Part shown: positions 48,871 through 58,633 of the stretch, piece by piece | How the letters are laid out: each line of letters starts with the position of its first letter | How positions within the stretch are numbered: position 1 is the stretch's first letter | Assembly: GCA_965197645.1 (NCBI GenBank) | Contig: OZ240219.1 | Location: forward strand, 64,001 to 128,000 | Source: Dehalococcoidia bacterium | Lineage (GTDB): Bacteria > Chloroflexota > Dehalococcoidia > Plut-88900 | DNA length: 64,000 bases | Reading direction: 5' to 3' | Notes under the pieces: generated by a model | What the model was told of the DNA's origin: nothing | Database searches by the model: none | The model's input: the letters and a program-made list of their open reading frames with translations, nothing else | Program-made: the position numbers and the translations under genes

Positions 48871-50244
48871 ATTATCGGCGCCACCATATTCCGTGCTCTG
48901 ATCAGCATCCTACTGGGTCTCATTGTCTTCGCCGCCATACTGACATGGCTTCTCGGGGGCAGCCTGAAGTCCCACTTCCTCTCCGAGGATTTCTACAAGG
49001 CTCACCTCGTGGAGAACGACGCCTATAACCGTCTGTTGGATGCGGTCCTTATCCCGCGAATTGAAGAGAATCTGCTGGAAGAGGGACGCGCCGACTTCAT
49101 CGGAGGTCTACGGATCGACGAGGAGGACGTAGCCCCTCTCGCCAAGGGCATTCTGCCTCCACCGGAGGTCAGGAACCAGGTGGAAGAAGCGATAGACGGG
49201 GCGGTGTCCTACCTGGACAAGCAGGAGGACCCGGTCAGCGGTGACGTCATAGAGGTACCGGACGTCTACATCCGCTTCGGGCCGATTCTTGGCAACCAAG
49301 CGGACCGGGGAACGGCCAAACGGGCGATTTTCGCTTTTTTGAGGTCGGAGCTGCGTAACAACTCGGAAATACTGCCCGCGGTCGGCGGCACCACCCAGGA
49401 GCGGATAACGACGGTGTCCCGGCAGCTGGTCGCGACCCTGGTCAGCCTGCAGGACCCCGAGTTCCCGATTCAGATACCGTCGCTGGAAGCAGTGCCCGAC
49501 GAGTTTCGGGCCGAGGTGTACGACACCGCCGTTGCCCTGTTGCCTGCCGCCGGTATCCCTGCACCGGTGATGGAGAGTCTCGCCGAAGCCGACGCTGAGA
49601 TAAAAACCGAGCTTCAGCAGCCCGATCCGGACGAAGCGCTGACAGGGGCGCTGAGCATCGCCATGGAGGTCATGGTGGAGCCGCTGATAGACGCCTCCTT
49701 CGATAGGTTCAGAGAGGACCAGCTGGACGAGGAGGACAGGTTCGATCCGATCGACCGGCTGGCCCAGAACCGGGGAGAGCCCAAGGAGCGGGTGCTGGAC
49801 AGGCTGGACATGGCACGGGACTGGCTGGGCCGTGCCAAGACCATGGGATCATGGGTGGCGCTGCTGATCTTCGCCCTGGCGAGTGTCCTGATGGGGTCCA
49901 TCCACCTGCCCCGGGTTGGTTCATTCCTGGGCTGGCCGGGCCTCACGCTGTTCCTTGCGGGTGGGGTGTTCCTCGGGATGGCGGCGGTGCTTAGGTCCCA
50001 GCTTCCCAACAGGCTGGAATCCTTCGTGGAGGGGAGGGGAGCGGGCTGTATGGCGGTGGCCGGCTCCGAGTCCTCCTTCTCGCCCGAGTTCTGCTCTCTG
50101 GCGGTGGACGTCACCCGGTCCATGGCGGGGGAAGTCGCCGGAGATTTCATAGTGCCATCGGCAATCATCCTGATCATCGGGTTAGCGCTGGTGATGGCAT
50201 CGGTGATTGTAGGAAGAGCAACTCGCGGGAGTGACTTCAGGTAA
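48871..50244 (+). CDS. Large membrane protein; probable non-canonical ATT start
   Basis: Frame open upstream of listed GTG 49009, encoding a TM helix; AAGGAG 7 nt before ATT; three C-terminal TM helices. Confidence 0.6.
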   Translation: MIGATIFRALISILLGLIVFAAILTWLLGGSLKSHFLSEDFYKAHLVENDAYNRLLDAVLIPRIEENLLEEGRADFIGGLRIDEEDVAPLAKGILPPPEVRNQVEEAIDGAVSYLDKQEDPVSGDVIEVPDVYIRFGPILGNQADRGTAKRAIFAFLRSELRNNSEILPAVGGTTQERITTVSRQLVATLVSLQDPEFPIQIPSLEAVPDEFRAEVYDTAVALLPAAGIPAPVMESLAEADAEIKTELQQPDPDEALTGALSIAMEVMVEPLIDASFDRFREDQLDEEDRFDPIDRLAQNRGEPKERVLDRLDMARDWLGRAKTMGSWVALLIFALASVLMGSIHLPRVGSFLGWPGLTLFLAGGVFLGMAAVLRSQLPNRLESFVEGRGAGCMAVAGSESSFSPEFCSLAVDVTRSMAGEVAGDFIVPSAIILIIGLALVMASVIVGRATRGSDFR

Positions 50245-50319
50245 TCCTGGGACCCACGCAGCGGAAGCTTTGGTGTGAGAGCAGGCCAGCTCGTGGCCAA
50301 TCGCGAAAAAGCTGCGGCC

Positions 50320-50868
50320 TTACAGGGGCAGCAGAGGTTTGACCCCAGGTTCCGGCTCCACCTCCATGGCGTTTAGTACGCAGGCTAGCATGGCGTAGTA
50401 GCCCACCGTAGCCGTAAGCTCGGTTATGCCCTGGTCTCCCAAGCGTCGGTGGGCTTGCTGGAAAGTTTCTGCTGACACCCGCTTGGTTCGCATGAGTTCC
50501 CGGCAGTACCGTGCCGGAATCGCCTCATCGTCGCTGAGACCATCGATGTCCCCTTTGTCCCGGATGGTCGTGATGGCGGCGTCGGACACACCGGCCCCTC
50601 TCGCCTCGGGCTCGTGATAGGTCCACTCGAACTGGCAATCGGACTCCCGGGCAACGACGAGAATGGCGATCTCCCGCGTCGCAGGTGGGAGGGTCGATTC
50701 GAACCGGATGTAGGCCCCCAGGTGGGCGATCCTTCGAGCCGCCTCCGGGCTGTTCAACAGCACGCCGAAGGGGCCCACGATCGATCCCCTGCTTCCTACG
50801 ATTTCGTCGTAGACCTCTCGCTGTGCTTCGGGCAGCTCCTGCCTATCGGGTGTGGGCACTCTGGGCAT
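50320..50868 (-). CDS. CMD/AhpD-like family protein
   Basis: GPFGVLLNSP, REIAIL.VAR...CQFEWTYH, ELTATVGYY. Confidence 0.85.
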   Translation of the reverse strand: MPRVPTPDRQELPEAQREVYDEIVGSRGSIVGPFGVLLNSPEAARRIAHLGAYIRFESTLPPATREIAILVVARESDCQFEWTYHEPEARGAGVSDAAITTIRDKGDIDGLSDDEAIPARYCRELMRTKRVSAETFQQAHRRLGDQGITELTATVGYYAMLACVLNAMEVEPEPGVKPLLPL

Positions 50869-50952
50869 GGTTAGTAACCTCCGTAAGCTGTTGCTAGTAT
50901 GATTTGCCGTCTATTATACTCACTCGATACCTACACGCTTCGGAGGACTCAT

Positions 50953-52158
50953 ATGGGTGGACCCCTAGAAGGAATCAAGGTGCTGGAGATTGCCAACTGG
51001 CTCGCCGCGCCGGCGACTGCAGCCCTTCTAGCAGATATGGGGGCCACTGTGGTCAAGGTGGAACCGCCCGATGGAGACCCCTGGCGGCAGTTCAGACCCA
51101 GCACGATGGGGTACTCCATCGAACCCGACGTCAACTACGCCTACGAGCTCGACAACCGGGGAAAGAGGTCTCTCACCCTGGACCTGACCAAGAACGAAGC
51201 GCGAGAGGTGGTCCTGAAGCTGTTGGAAACGTCGGACGTGTTCATCACCAACCTGGTCCCCGGCCGGCTGGACCGTTTTCGTCTCAAGTACGAGGACCTA
51301 TCACCCGGCAACCCTGGACTGATCTACCTATCCCTCTCGGGGTATGGTGATCAGGGCCCGGACAAGGACAGGCTTGGCTTCGACTACACTGCGTTCTGGG
51401 CCCGGTCCGGCATCATGTCGTTGATTGGCGATCCGGAGGGGCCGCCGATGCTTCAAAGGGGAGGTATGGGGGACCACACCTCCTGCCTGGCGATGGCGGC
51501 CGGAGTCCTGGCAGCCCTGTTCGAACGGGAGAGGACCGGCAGGGGGCAGGAGATAGCCGGATCACTGCTGAACGTGGCCCTCTGGGTCCTGGGGTCCGAC
51601 GTTCAGACGGCGTTGATAGCGAGGGACAAACCCGTCCTGAAGCCTCGCACGGACCGGATGGCCATGTGGAACAGCTACCGGGCCAAGGACGACAAGTGGC
51701 TCATGCTGGTCAACCCCAACCGGGACGTGTATTGGCCCAGGGTTTGCGCTGCGCTCGGCCGGACAGACCTCGTCGACGATCCCCGGTTCCAGTCCATCGA
51801 GGGGATGACTGAACACGCCAACGAACTGGTGGACATCTTCGATGAGATCATCGCCACCAGGCCGAGGGACGAATGGGGTCGCATCCTGGACGAACACCAG
51901 GTTATATGGGCGCCGGTACAGGACCTAAACGAGGTGATGAAAGACCCGCAGGTGAAGGCCAACGGCTACCTCACCACGCTGGACCACCCCGTTTTGGGCC
52001 AGTACGAGACCATAGACACGCCGATCAGATTCAAGACGTCGGAAGTGCGGGCCAGAGGGCCGGCGCCGGAGATTGGGCAGCACACCGAGGAGGTCTTGCT
52101 GGAGAGCGGCTACAGCTGGGAGCAGATCAACGAGTTCCGCGACCAGGGAGTCGTATGA
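50953..52158 (+). CDS. CaiB/BaiF family III CoA-transferase (paralog of 7747-8964)
   Basis: PLEGIKVLE, VKVEPP.GDPWR, NRGKR, GD, GQHTEEVL. Confidence 0.92.
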   Translation: MGGPLEGIKVLEIANWLAAPATAALLADMGATVVKVEPPDGDPWRQFRPSTMGYSIEPDVNYAYELDNRGKRSLTLDLTKNEAREVVLKLLETSDVFITNLVPGRLDRFRLKYEDLSPGNPGLIYLSLSGYGDQGPDKDRLGFDYTAFWARSGIMSLIGDPEGPPMLQRGGMGDHTSCLAMAAGVLAALFERERTGRGQEIAGSLLNVALWVLGSDVQTALIARDKPVLKPRTDRMAMWNSYRAKDDKWLMLVNPNRDVYWPRVCAALGRTDLVDDPRFQSIEGMTEHANELVDIFDEIIATRPRDEWGRILDEHQVIWAPVQDLNEVMKDPQVKANGYLTTLDHPVLGQYETIDTPIRFKTSEVRARGPAPEIGQHTEEVLLESGYSWEQINEFRDQGVV

Positions 52159-52226
52159 GTCCAACCTCCTCATCTATGTAATTTCATACTGGTTGTCGAT
52201 AGTTATCAGGAGTTAAAGGAGAGTAA

Positions 52227-53306
52227 GTGTTCACACCACCGCCACTTCGCAGCGCTCACCCATACTACATGCACGACTGTATTCACGACCAGCCGGAGGC
52301 CATTGCCCAGGTGCTGGATAGCCAGGCCGGGGCCGCCCGAGCGCTGGCCGAGCGGATAGCATCGAGGAGCCGGGTACATGTGGTCGGGATAGGTACGTCG
52401 TGGCATGCGTCGCTGGTCGGAGAATACCTGTTTCGGGAGATCGGGCGTCGGAGCGATGCCCGGGCGTGGAACTCCTTTGAGTTCGCAGCATCGCTTCCGA
52501 AGTTGGACGGAGAGGACGTGGTCATAGTAATGAGCCATCGAGGTACCAAACAGGCATCTCGAGAGGCGCTGGCCGCGGCCAAGGGGGCCGGCGCCGCTAC
52601 CGCACTGGTAACGGGGCAGGGCTCGGAAGCGGAGGTAGGACTGGCAGACACGGTGCTGTACACCAGTTACCAGGACCTGTCGTCGGCATTTACGATCAGC
52701 CACACGACAGCTATGACGGCCCTGGCTATGGTTGCGGTTGAGCTGGGAGGCGGCGCCGAGGGTCCAGCCCTGGCCGCGCTTCCGGAGGCGGTCGAGAAGG
52801 CGCTGCAGCTGGAGCCCCAGATCCAGGAGATGGCCCGCCGGTACCGGGACCAGCGATGGTACGCCTTCGCCGGGTGGGGACCCAACGCATCGACGGCCTA
52901 CGAGGTGGCGTTGAAGATCAACGAGGCAGCCTACTCGGTCACCACGGCATTCCAGTTGGAGCAGTTCCTCCACGGCCCCTTCGTGGCTACGGAGACCGGA
53001 TGCCTGGTCACCCTCGTAACGCCTCCCGGTTTCGGCTACGAACGGTCGGTCTCCATCGCCAAGGCGGTCAAGGAGACGGGCGCCGACGTGGCAGCGTTGG
53101 TGCAGCAAGGGGATGCGGGAATCACCGGCGTAGCGGACCTCTCGCTGGCCCTGCCCCCTGTGCCCGAGTTCCTCACCCCGACGGTCTACCTGGCGCCACT
53201 GCAGCTACTGACCTATTGGCTGGCGTTGGAGGCGGGACAGAACCCGGACACCTTCCGGCTAAACGACCCGAAACACAAGGCGGCCAGGAACCACTACTCC
53301 CTTTAG
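52227..53306 (+). CDS. Double SIS-domain protein (GlmS C-terminal-like sugar-phosphate isomerase/deaminase)
   Basis: I.DQP, GIGTSWHA, SHRGT, EVALKINE, EQFLHGP, NPD. Confidence 0.88.
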   Translation: MFTPPPLRSAHPYYMHDCIHDQPEAIAQVLDSQAGAARALAERIASRSRVHVVGIGTSWHASLVGEYLFREIGRRSDARAWNSFEFAASLPKLDGEDVVIVMSHRGTKQASREALAAAKGAGAATALVTGQGSEAEVGLADTVLYTSYQDLSSAFTISHTTAMTALAMVAVELGGGAEGPALAALPEAVEKALQLEPQIQEMARRYRDQRWYAFAGWGPNASTAYEVALKINEAAYSVTTAFQLEQFLHGPFVATETGCLVTLVTPPGFGYERSVSIAKAVKETGADVAALVQQGDAGITGVADLSLALPPVPEFLTPTVYLAPLQLLTYWLALEAGQNPDTFRLNDPKHKAARNHYSL

Positions 53307-53308
53307 TG

Positions 53309-54181
53309 CTATCGTTCCGGGCTGATGAGGAAATCGGTGACCTCCTCGCCGCCGTGTTCCGCCCAACGGCTCTCCTCGACCGCGGTCAGGAACCTCTGGA
53401 CGGTCTCGTTGAACAGCTCCGGCTCCTCCAGATTGAGGGTGTGGCCGGTCTGGGGAAAAACGACCAGTCCCGAGGTGGTGATGTGCCGCTTCATGAACAG
53501 GGCCGGCTCAATGCAGGGATAGTCCTCATCGCCGGTAATGACCAGGGTGGGGACCTTGAGGGCCTGCAGCTTCGGCTCCAGCTCGAAGATGGTGGGACGG
53601 CGGGCCAGGCATCTACGCAGTATCATCGCCGAACCGAAGGCCGAGTGGTCCGAGAACTGTTGGGCAAAGGCCCCCCAATCATCCTTCCTCTTACGCAACA
53701 GCTGCACACGGGTCGGTGACTGAACGTACTCGTCGAGGCCCTGCATCCCTTCGGACTCCAGCCGGTCGGCCTCAATGGCGGTCTCTTCGCGGAACCGTTC
53801 CGGGTCGGTGCTGCCCGATCCTGTGCCGGCCACCACCAGTGACGTGGCCATCTCAGGATGCGCAATGCCGAAGTTGAGAGCCACGTTGCCGCCCATGGAC
53901 AGCCCGGCGACGTGGGCCTGTCCCATCTCCAGGTGAATCAGGAGCTGGCGCAGGTCTTCAATCGCGATGTCCTGGGAGTAGGACTCCGGGTCCTGGGGAA
54001 CGTCGCTGGGAGGATAGCCCCGGGCGTTGTAGGTAATCACCTTGTACCGCTTGGAGAAGAACTCGACCTGACCGCTCCAGCTCTCGTAGCTGCCCGCGAA
54101 CTCGTGGGAGAAGACCAAGGGTGACCCTTCGCCGGTCACCTCGTAGTAGATGTTCACGCCGTTGACCAGTGCTGTGGGCAT
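53309..54181 (-). CDS. Alpha/beta hydrolase
   Basis: HEFAG, YNARGYPPS, GLSMGG, GDED, GHTLNLEEP; ATG 54181 after AAGGAG. Confidence 0.9.
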   Translation of the reverse strand: MPTALVNGVNIYYEVTGEGSPLVFSHEFAGSYESWSGQVEFFSKRYKVITYNARGYPPSDVPQDPESYSQDIAIEDLRQLLIHLEMGQAHVAGLSMGGNVALNFGIAHPEMATSLVVAGTGSGSTDPERFREETAIEADRLESEGMQGLDEYVQSPTRVQLLRKRKDDWGAFAQQFSDHSAFGSAMILRRCLARRPTIFELEPKLQALKVPTLVITGDEDYPCIEPALFMKRHITTSGLVVFPQTGHTLNLEEPELFNETVQRFLTAVEESRWAEHGGEEVTDFLISPER

Positions 54182-54263
54182 GACTCTCTCCTTTGGGAAC
54201 GGGGACATGGTACCCGTGAAGCGGGTCGTTAGCAAGGTGGGTTAGCCGAGTGTAGAATATGGG

Positions 54264-54315
54264 CCGCCCGCCCTGAGATATTATAGTTTGGGGGGGCACA
54301 TCTCCCAAACCCCTC
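54264..54315 (-). repeat. Repeat family B, partial copy 3
   Basis: CCGCCCGCCCTGAGATATTATAGTTTGGGGGGGCACATCTCCCAAACCCCTC matches 16041-16096. Confidence 0.65.
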
Positions 54316-54452
54316 AGTTGAAATGGAGGGTATCGATGTTCGCAGTCCTTAGTGTACCCGGACGCGTACCTGCCATTAAGGGACAAAAACTCTGCACTCC
54401 CTGGACGCGCAGTCTGAGGGCAGGCTCAGCCGCTAGAATGGAGAACTGATCG

Positions 54453-54932
54453 ATGGTCAATATAGACATCAAGACCGAGTTCTTGTTCGAGGTCAAGATA
54501 CCGCAGAAGCCGTATCACTCCATAGGCGAGACACCTATGGGCTATCGGATGATCACCACACCGGACAAGGGGGCTACAGTGACCGGCCCCAAGCTCAACG
54601 GCACGGTGTTGGAGGGGGGCGGGGACCCCTACCTGCTCAGGAAGGATGGCGTTGGACTGGTGGATGCTCGGATCACCATTCAGGCCGATGATGGCGACCT
54701 GATCGGGATGAGCTACCTGGGTATTTCCAAGTATCCGGAGGAGACGCGAAAAGCCCTGGGCCGGGGCGAAAAGGTGCCCATTGACGACTATTATTTCTAC
54801 GTCGGCGTGCTGTTCGAGACCGCCTCGAAGAGGTACCGGTGGATGAATGAGACCTTTGCTATCGCCAAGGGGTTCCATCCCCACGAGTTCCTTGGAAGAG
54901 GGATCGGGTACAAGGTATACAAGATACTGTAG
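54453..54932 (+). CDS. DUF3237 family protein
   Basis: IGETP.G.R, GPKLNGTVL.GGGD, DAR.TI..DDG, FETA...Y.WMN. Confidence 0.85.
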   Translation: MVNIDIKTEFLFEVKIPQKPYHSIGETPMGYRMITTPDKGATVTGPKLNGTVLEGGGDPYLLRKDGVGLVDARITIQADDGDLIGMSYLGISKYPEETRKALGRGEKVPIDDYYFYVGVLFETASKRYRWMNETFAIAKGFHPHEFLGRGIGYKVYKIL

Positions 54933-55065
54933 GAGGGATTAGAACCCTCGACCGCGAGCCGGAGAGCTTAGCGTAGAGCCATTCTCCACTCGCCTGACCT
55001 CAACCTAGTGTCGAGGCCCACCGAGTGGCGGAAGCCTTCGCTGGTACCGGACAGTAGTATTCGGC

Positions 55066-56715
55066 CTAACCGACGGTCGGGGCTTGTTCTCTGCTCTTGG
55101 ACCCCAGGATGAAGCCCTCGTAACCATTGGCCGCGATCTCGTTACACTTCTTGCGGTATGTCCCGACTCCGCCGGCATAGGGCATGAACACCCTGGGCTT
55201 TCCGGGGATGTTGGCTCCCAGGTACCAGGAATCCGCCAGCATGAACATGGTCGGTTCGGCGACCTCCTGGAGGTGGACTCCCCATTCCTTCTCTGCATCT
55301 GCGTCCGCCTCAGACGTCTCAATGCCATGTTCGGTCATGTAGGCGATGAAGTCGGCAATCCACTCGATGTGCTGCTCGATGGATACCGGCATGTTGCTGA
55401 GGACGTTGGGGCTGCCGGGTCCCGTTATCATGAACATGTTGGGGAATCCGGCTACCTGCAGGCCGAGGTAGTCCTTCGGCCCCTCGGCCCACCTGTCTTT
55501 CAGCGATACGTCGTCCCTGCCCCGGATATCCATCTTCAGGTAGGTGCCGGTCATCGCGTCGAAGCCGGTGGCGAAAACGATGACGTCGAACTCGTACTCC
55601 TCGTCCTCGGTGCGGATCCCCTTCGGAGTGATCTCCTGGATCGGAGCGTGGCGAATATCGACCAGCTCGATGTTATCGCGGTTGTAGGTCTCGTAGTAAT
55701 TTGTGTCGATCAGAGCGCGCTTCGCTCCGTAGGGGTGGTCGGTGGGCAGGAGCTTCTCGGCGGTCTCGGAGTCCTTCACTGTCTCGCGGATCTTGCTCCG
55801 GACGAACTCGGCGACGATGTCATTTGCCCTTCTGTCGACGGCTACGTCATGGTACATCTCGTACAGGAACTGGTTAGCGCCCTCCGTCCAGCCGGCCTCT
55901 AAAAACTCCAGTCGCTCTTCCGGGCTGACCTCAAGGGCTGATCGCGTATCGGGGTTGCGAGGAGTCCCGGCTTCGGACCACTTCATCGTTTCCAGGATCT
56001 CATCGTAGTTGGGTTTCACCTCTTCCTCGATGAACTTGCGGTCCACCGAGGCGTGATGAGCGGGAGCGGTGAACTGGGGTGTCCGCTGGAACACGGTCAC
56101 GTGCTCGGCCTCCCCGGCGATTACCGGGATCGCCTGTACACCGCTGGAGCCGGTGCCGATGACAGCCACGCGCTTCCCTTCGAAGTCCACCTTTTCGTGG
56201 GGCCAGGCTCCCGTGTGATACCAGTCTCCCTCGAAGGTGTCCAAGCCTTTTATCTTCGGGATGTTGCCCGTAGAGATACACCCGATACCAGTAATCAGGT
56301 ATTGGGCTGTGACATGGTCACCCTGGTCTGTTTCGATCTCCCAATGGTTGGCGTCCTCGATAAACTTCGCAGAGGTGACTCGAGTCTTGAACTGGATGTT
56401 AGGACGAAGATCGAAGCGGTCCGCAACGTGGTTCAGGTAGGATAGGATCTCCGGCTGCTCCGGGTACTTGCCGCTCCAACTCCACTCTTGAAGCAGCTCT
56501 TTTGAGAAGGAGAAGCAGTACGAGTAGCTCTCGGAGTCACACCGTGCGCCCGGGTAGCGGTTCCAATACCAGGTGCCTCCGACTCCTGTGCCCGCCTCGT
56601 ACACCTGGGCGGACATCCCGAGCTCCTCCCTCAGTCGCCACAGCATGCCCAGTCCAGAAAAGCCGGCCCCTATTACAACGGCGTCGAAATCCGGGGATTT
56701 TTCCGAGTTGACCAT
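55066..56715 (-). CDS. Type I Baeyer-Villiger monooxygenase
   Basis: GAGFSG, GGTWYWNRYPGARCD, FEGDWYHTGAWP fingerprint, GTGSSG, ATGFD. Confidence 0.93.
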   Translation of the reverse strand: MVNSEKSPDFDAVVIGAGFSGLGMLWRLREELGMSAQVYEAGTGVGGTWYWNRYPGARCDSESYSYCFSFSKELLQEWSWSGKYPEQPEILSYLNHVADRFDLRPNIQFKTRVTSAKFIEDANHWEIETDQGDHVTAQYLITGIGCISTGNIPKIKGLDTFEGDWYHTGAWPHEKVDFEGKRVAVIGTGSSGVQAIPVIAGEAEHVTVFQRTPQFTAPAHHASVDRKFIEEEVKPNYDEILETMKWSEAGTPRNPDTRSALEVSPEERLEFLEAGWTEGANQFLYEMYHDVAVDRRANDIVAEFVRSKIRETVKDSETAEKLLPTDHPYGAKRALIDTNYYETYNRDNIELVDIRHAPIQEITPKGIRTEDEEYEFDVIVFATGFDAMTGTYLKMDIRGRDDVSLKDRWAEGPKDYLGLQVAGFPNMFMITGPGSPNVLSNMPVSIEQHIEWIADFIAYMTEHGIETSEADADAEKEWGVHLQEVAEPTMFMLADSWYLGANIPGKPRVFMPYAGGVGTYRKKCNEIAANGYEGFILGSKSREQAPTVG

Positions 56716-56773
56716 CTTGTCCTCCTGGTGGTTTCAGTTCAGCTATCGAGACCTGCCGGAGTTAGGGTACGTT

Positions 56774-57724
56774 CTATCCTACCGAATGGGCTTTGCGCGC
56801 CTTTACTATACACGCTTTGACCGCCTTTACAACCTGTTGGAAAGCGAGCTCGCAACCGGGCAGCATCAGCATGGTGAAGAACCCGTGCATCTGGCCTGGA
56901 TATCTCTTGAGGTCCGTCGCTACGTTGGCTTCCTGCAGACGAGCTGCGTAAGCCTCGCCTTCATCGAGCAAAACGTCATGCTCCGCAGTCAGTATAACGG
57001 CAGGCGGAAGCCCGGATAGGTCCTCGGTGTGCAACGGAGACGCGTCCGGCTCAGTGCGGCGAGAGGCCTCCGGAAGGTAGTGGTCCCAGAACCAGACCAT
57101 CCCCTCGCGGGTTAGCAGCAGTTCATTTTCGGGATCGGTATAGGAGGGCCGGTCGAAATCGGCATCGGTGACGGGATAGATGAGCACCTGTAGGTCTACG
57201 GGCGGGCCGCCCCGGTCCCGAGCGCGTACGGCCATTATCGCAGAGAGGTTTCCACCTGCGCTGTCTCCGGCCACGACCAGTGGCGCCCCCGGGCCGGCGA
57301 TATCACTCAGGTGTTCCCCCACCCACTCCAGCGCTGCATACGAGTCATCCACAGCCGTTGGGTATCGATGCTCTGGCGCAAGCCGGTACTCCACCATGAC
57401 GACTGCGCTGGACGTCCGCTCCGCCAGCTTACGCCCTACGGTGTCATAATCGTCGATCGAGCCTACAACCCATCCGCCTCCGTGGTAGTAGACTACAACG
57501 CCCCTAGGTGGTTCGATGGGAACGAGGACGCGAAGGGTGATCTCGCCATCCGGTCTCTCTATGGTGTGCTCCTCTACACGGGCCATCTCAGGCGCGGGCC
57601 CATTGAGCTCCGCGAGTCCGGACTCCAGGGCACGCACCTCTTCAGGTGTGGATTCGTGTAGAGGCTTGTCATCGCCTTCTGAAAACTGTTCTAGTAATCG
57701 CTTGGTAGCGGTATCAAGTGCCAT
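56774..57724 (-). CDS. HSL-family esterase/lactonase
   Basis: HGGGW, YRLAPEH, GDSAGG, HDVL.DEG, HGF. Confidence 0.92.
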   Translation of the reverse strand: MALDTATKRLLEQFSEGDDKPLHESTPEEVRALESGLAELNGPAPEMARVEEHTIERPDGEITLRVLVPIEPPRGVVVYYHGGGWVVGSIDDYDTVGRKLAERTSSAVVMVEYRLAPEHRYPTAVDDSYAALEWVGEHLSDIAGPGAPLVVAGDSAGGNLSAIMAVRARDRGGPPVDLQVLIYPVTDADFDRPSYTDPENELLLTREGMVWFWDHYLPEASRRTEPDASPLHTEDLSGLPPAVILTAEHDVLLDEGEAYAARLQEANVATDLKRYPGQMHGFFTMLMLPGCELAFQQVVKAVKACIVKARKAHSVG

Positions 57725-57889
57725 ATCTCCCCCTGATGTGTCTGTTGGACCCTATGTCCCTGTCTGGTGTTCCTGTCCGTTTCGATACATTGCTACGATC
57801 ACCTATGTATCGGCGTGGCCTCGCTAGACTTTACTTGAGATGAATGATGATATCAACAGCTAAGACGTATGCAGGAGTCTGGTGTGGCC

Positions 57890-58142
57890 TAGTGTCTGTT
57901 CACACTCCCGCCCTCCAATGTCGTTCCGAAACGGAGCACGGCTTAGTGAGGAATCTATAGCCCATCTCCCCAGCCCACTCTGCACGGGCGGGCCCATCCG
58001 GCTCGTATGTGCAATCCCGCGATTACCGGGGCCGACGACGGAATCGGCACGAAACTCTCAACAAACCCCTTAGATTCTTCACTGCGTTCGGAATGACATC
58101 CAAGCTGTTTAGGCGGCATGGTCTTAATGTGAACAGGCCCTA
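57890..58142. mobile_element. MITE-like element family A, copy 2 (complete, about 253 bp)
   Basis: TIRs TAGTGTCTGTTCACA / TGTGAACAGGCCCTA; inner inverted repeat as in 14694-14899; no convincing coding capacity. Confidence 0.75.
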
Positions 58143-58622
58143 ATCTTGATGCCGATCAGGGAGCTGCTTGAGTAGATTGGCCATCTCTATGGCGTTGATG
58201 GCGGCTTCATAGCCCTTGTTGCCCAGCCTGACACCGGACCGCCGCCTGGCCTGCTCCCGGTTGTCGGTTGTGAGAACGCCAAAGAGTATGGGAACCTCGG
58301 TGTCCAGGTTGGCCCTGACCACGCCCTGAGTAGCGCCGCTGGAGACGTAGTCGAAGTGGGCGGTCTCGCCTCGGATGACAGCTCCCAGGCAGATGACGGC
58401 CGCATATAGACCGGAGGCCGCCATCTTCTTGGCCGCCAAGGGGAGCTCCATGGCGCCGGGTACCCAGGCCGTATCGATATCGGTGGCTGCGACGCCGTGG
58501 TCACCGAGGCCTTCCATGGCACCGTTCAACAGGCGGGTGGTGATATCGTCGTTGAAACGGGACACGGCAATCCCGATGCGCATCCCCTCGCCCGCAAGCT
58601 GGCCCTTGTAGCTCTCGCCCAA
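58140..58622 (-). CDS. ribH: 6,7-dimethyl-8-ribityllumazine synthase
   Basis: SRFN, WVPGA.ELP, LGAVIRGETAHFDYV, FGVLTT, NKG. Confidence 0.96.
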   Translation of the reverse strand: MGESYKGQLAGEGMRIGIAVSRFNDDITTRLLNGAMEGLGDHGVAATDIDTAWVPGAMELPLAAKKMAASGLYAAVICLGAVIRGETAHFDYVSSGATQGVVRANLDTEVPILFGVLTTDNREQARRRSGVRLGNKGYEAAINAIEMANLLKQLPDRHQD

Positions 58623-58633
58623 GGCGGCCTCCC

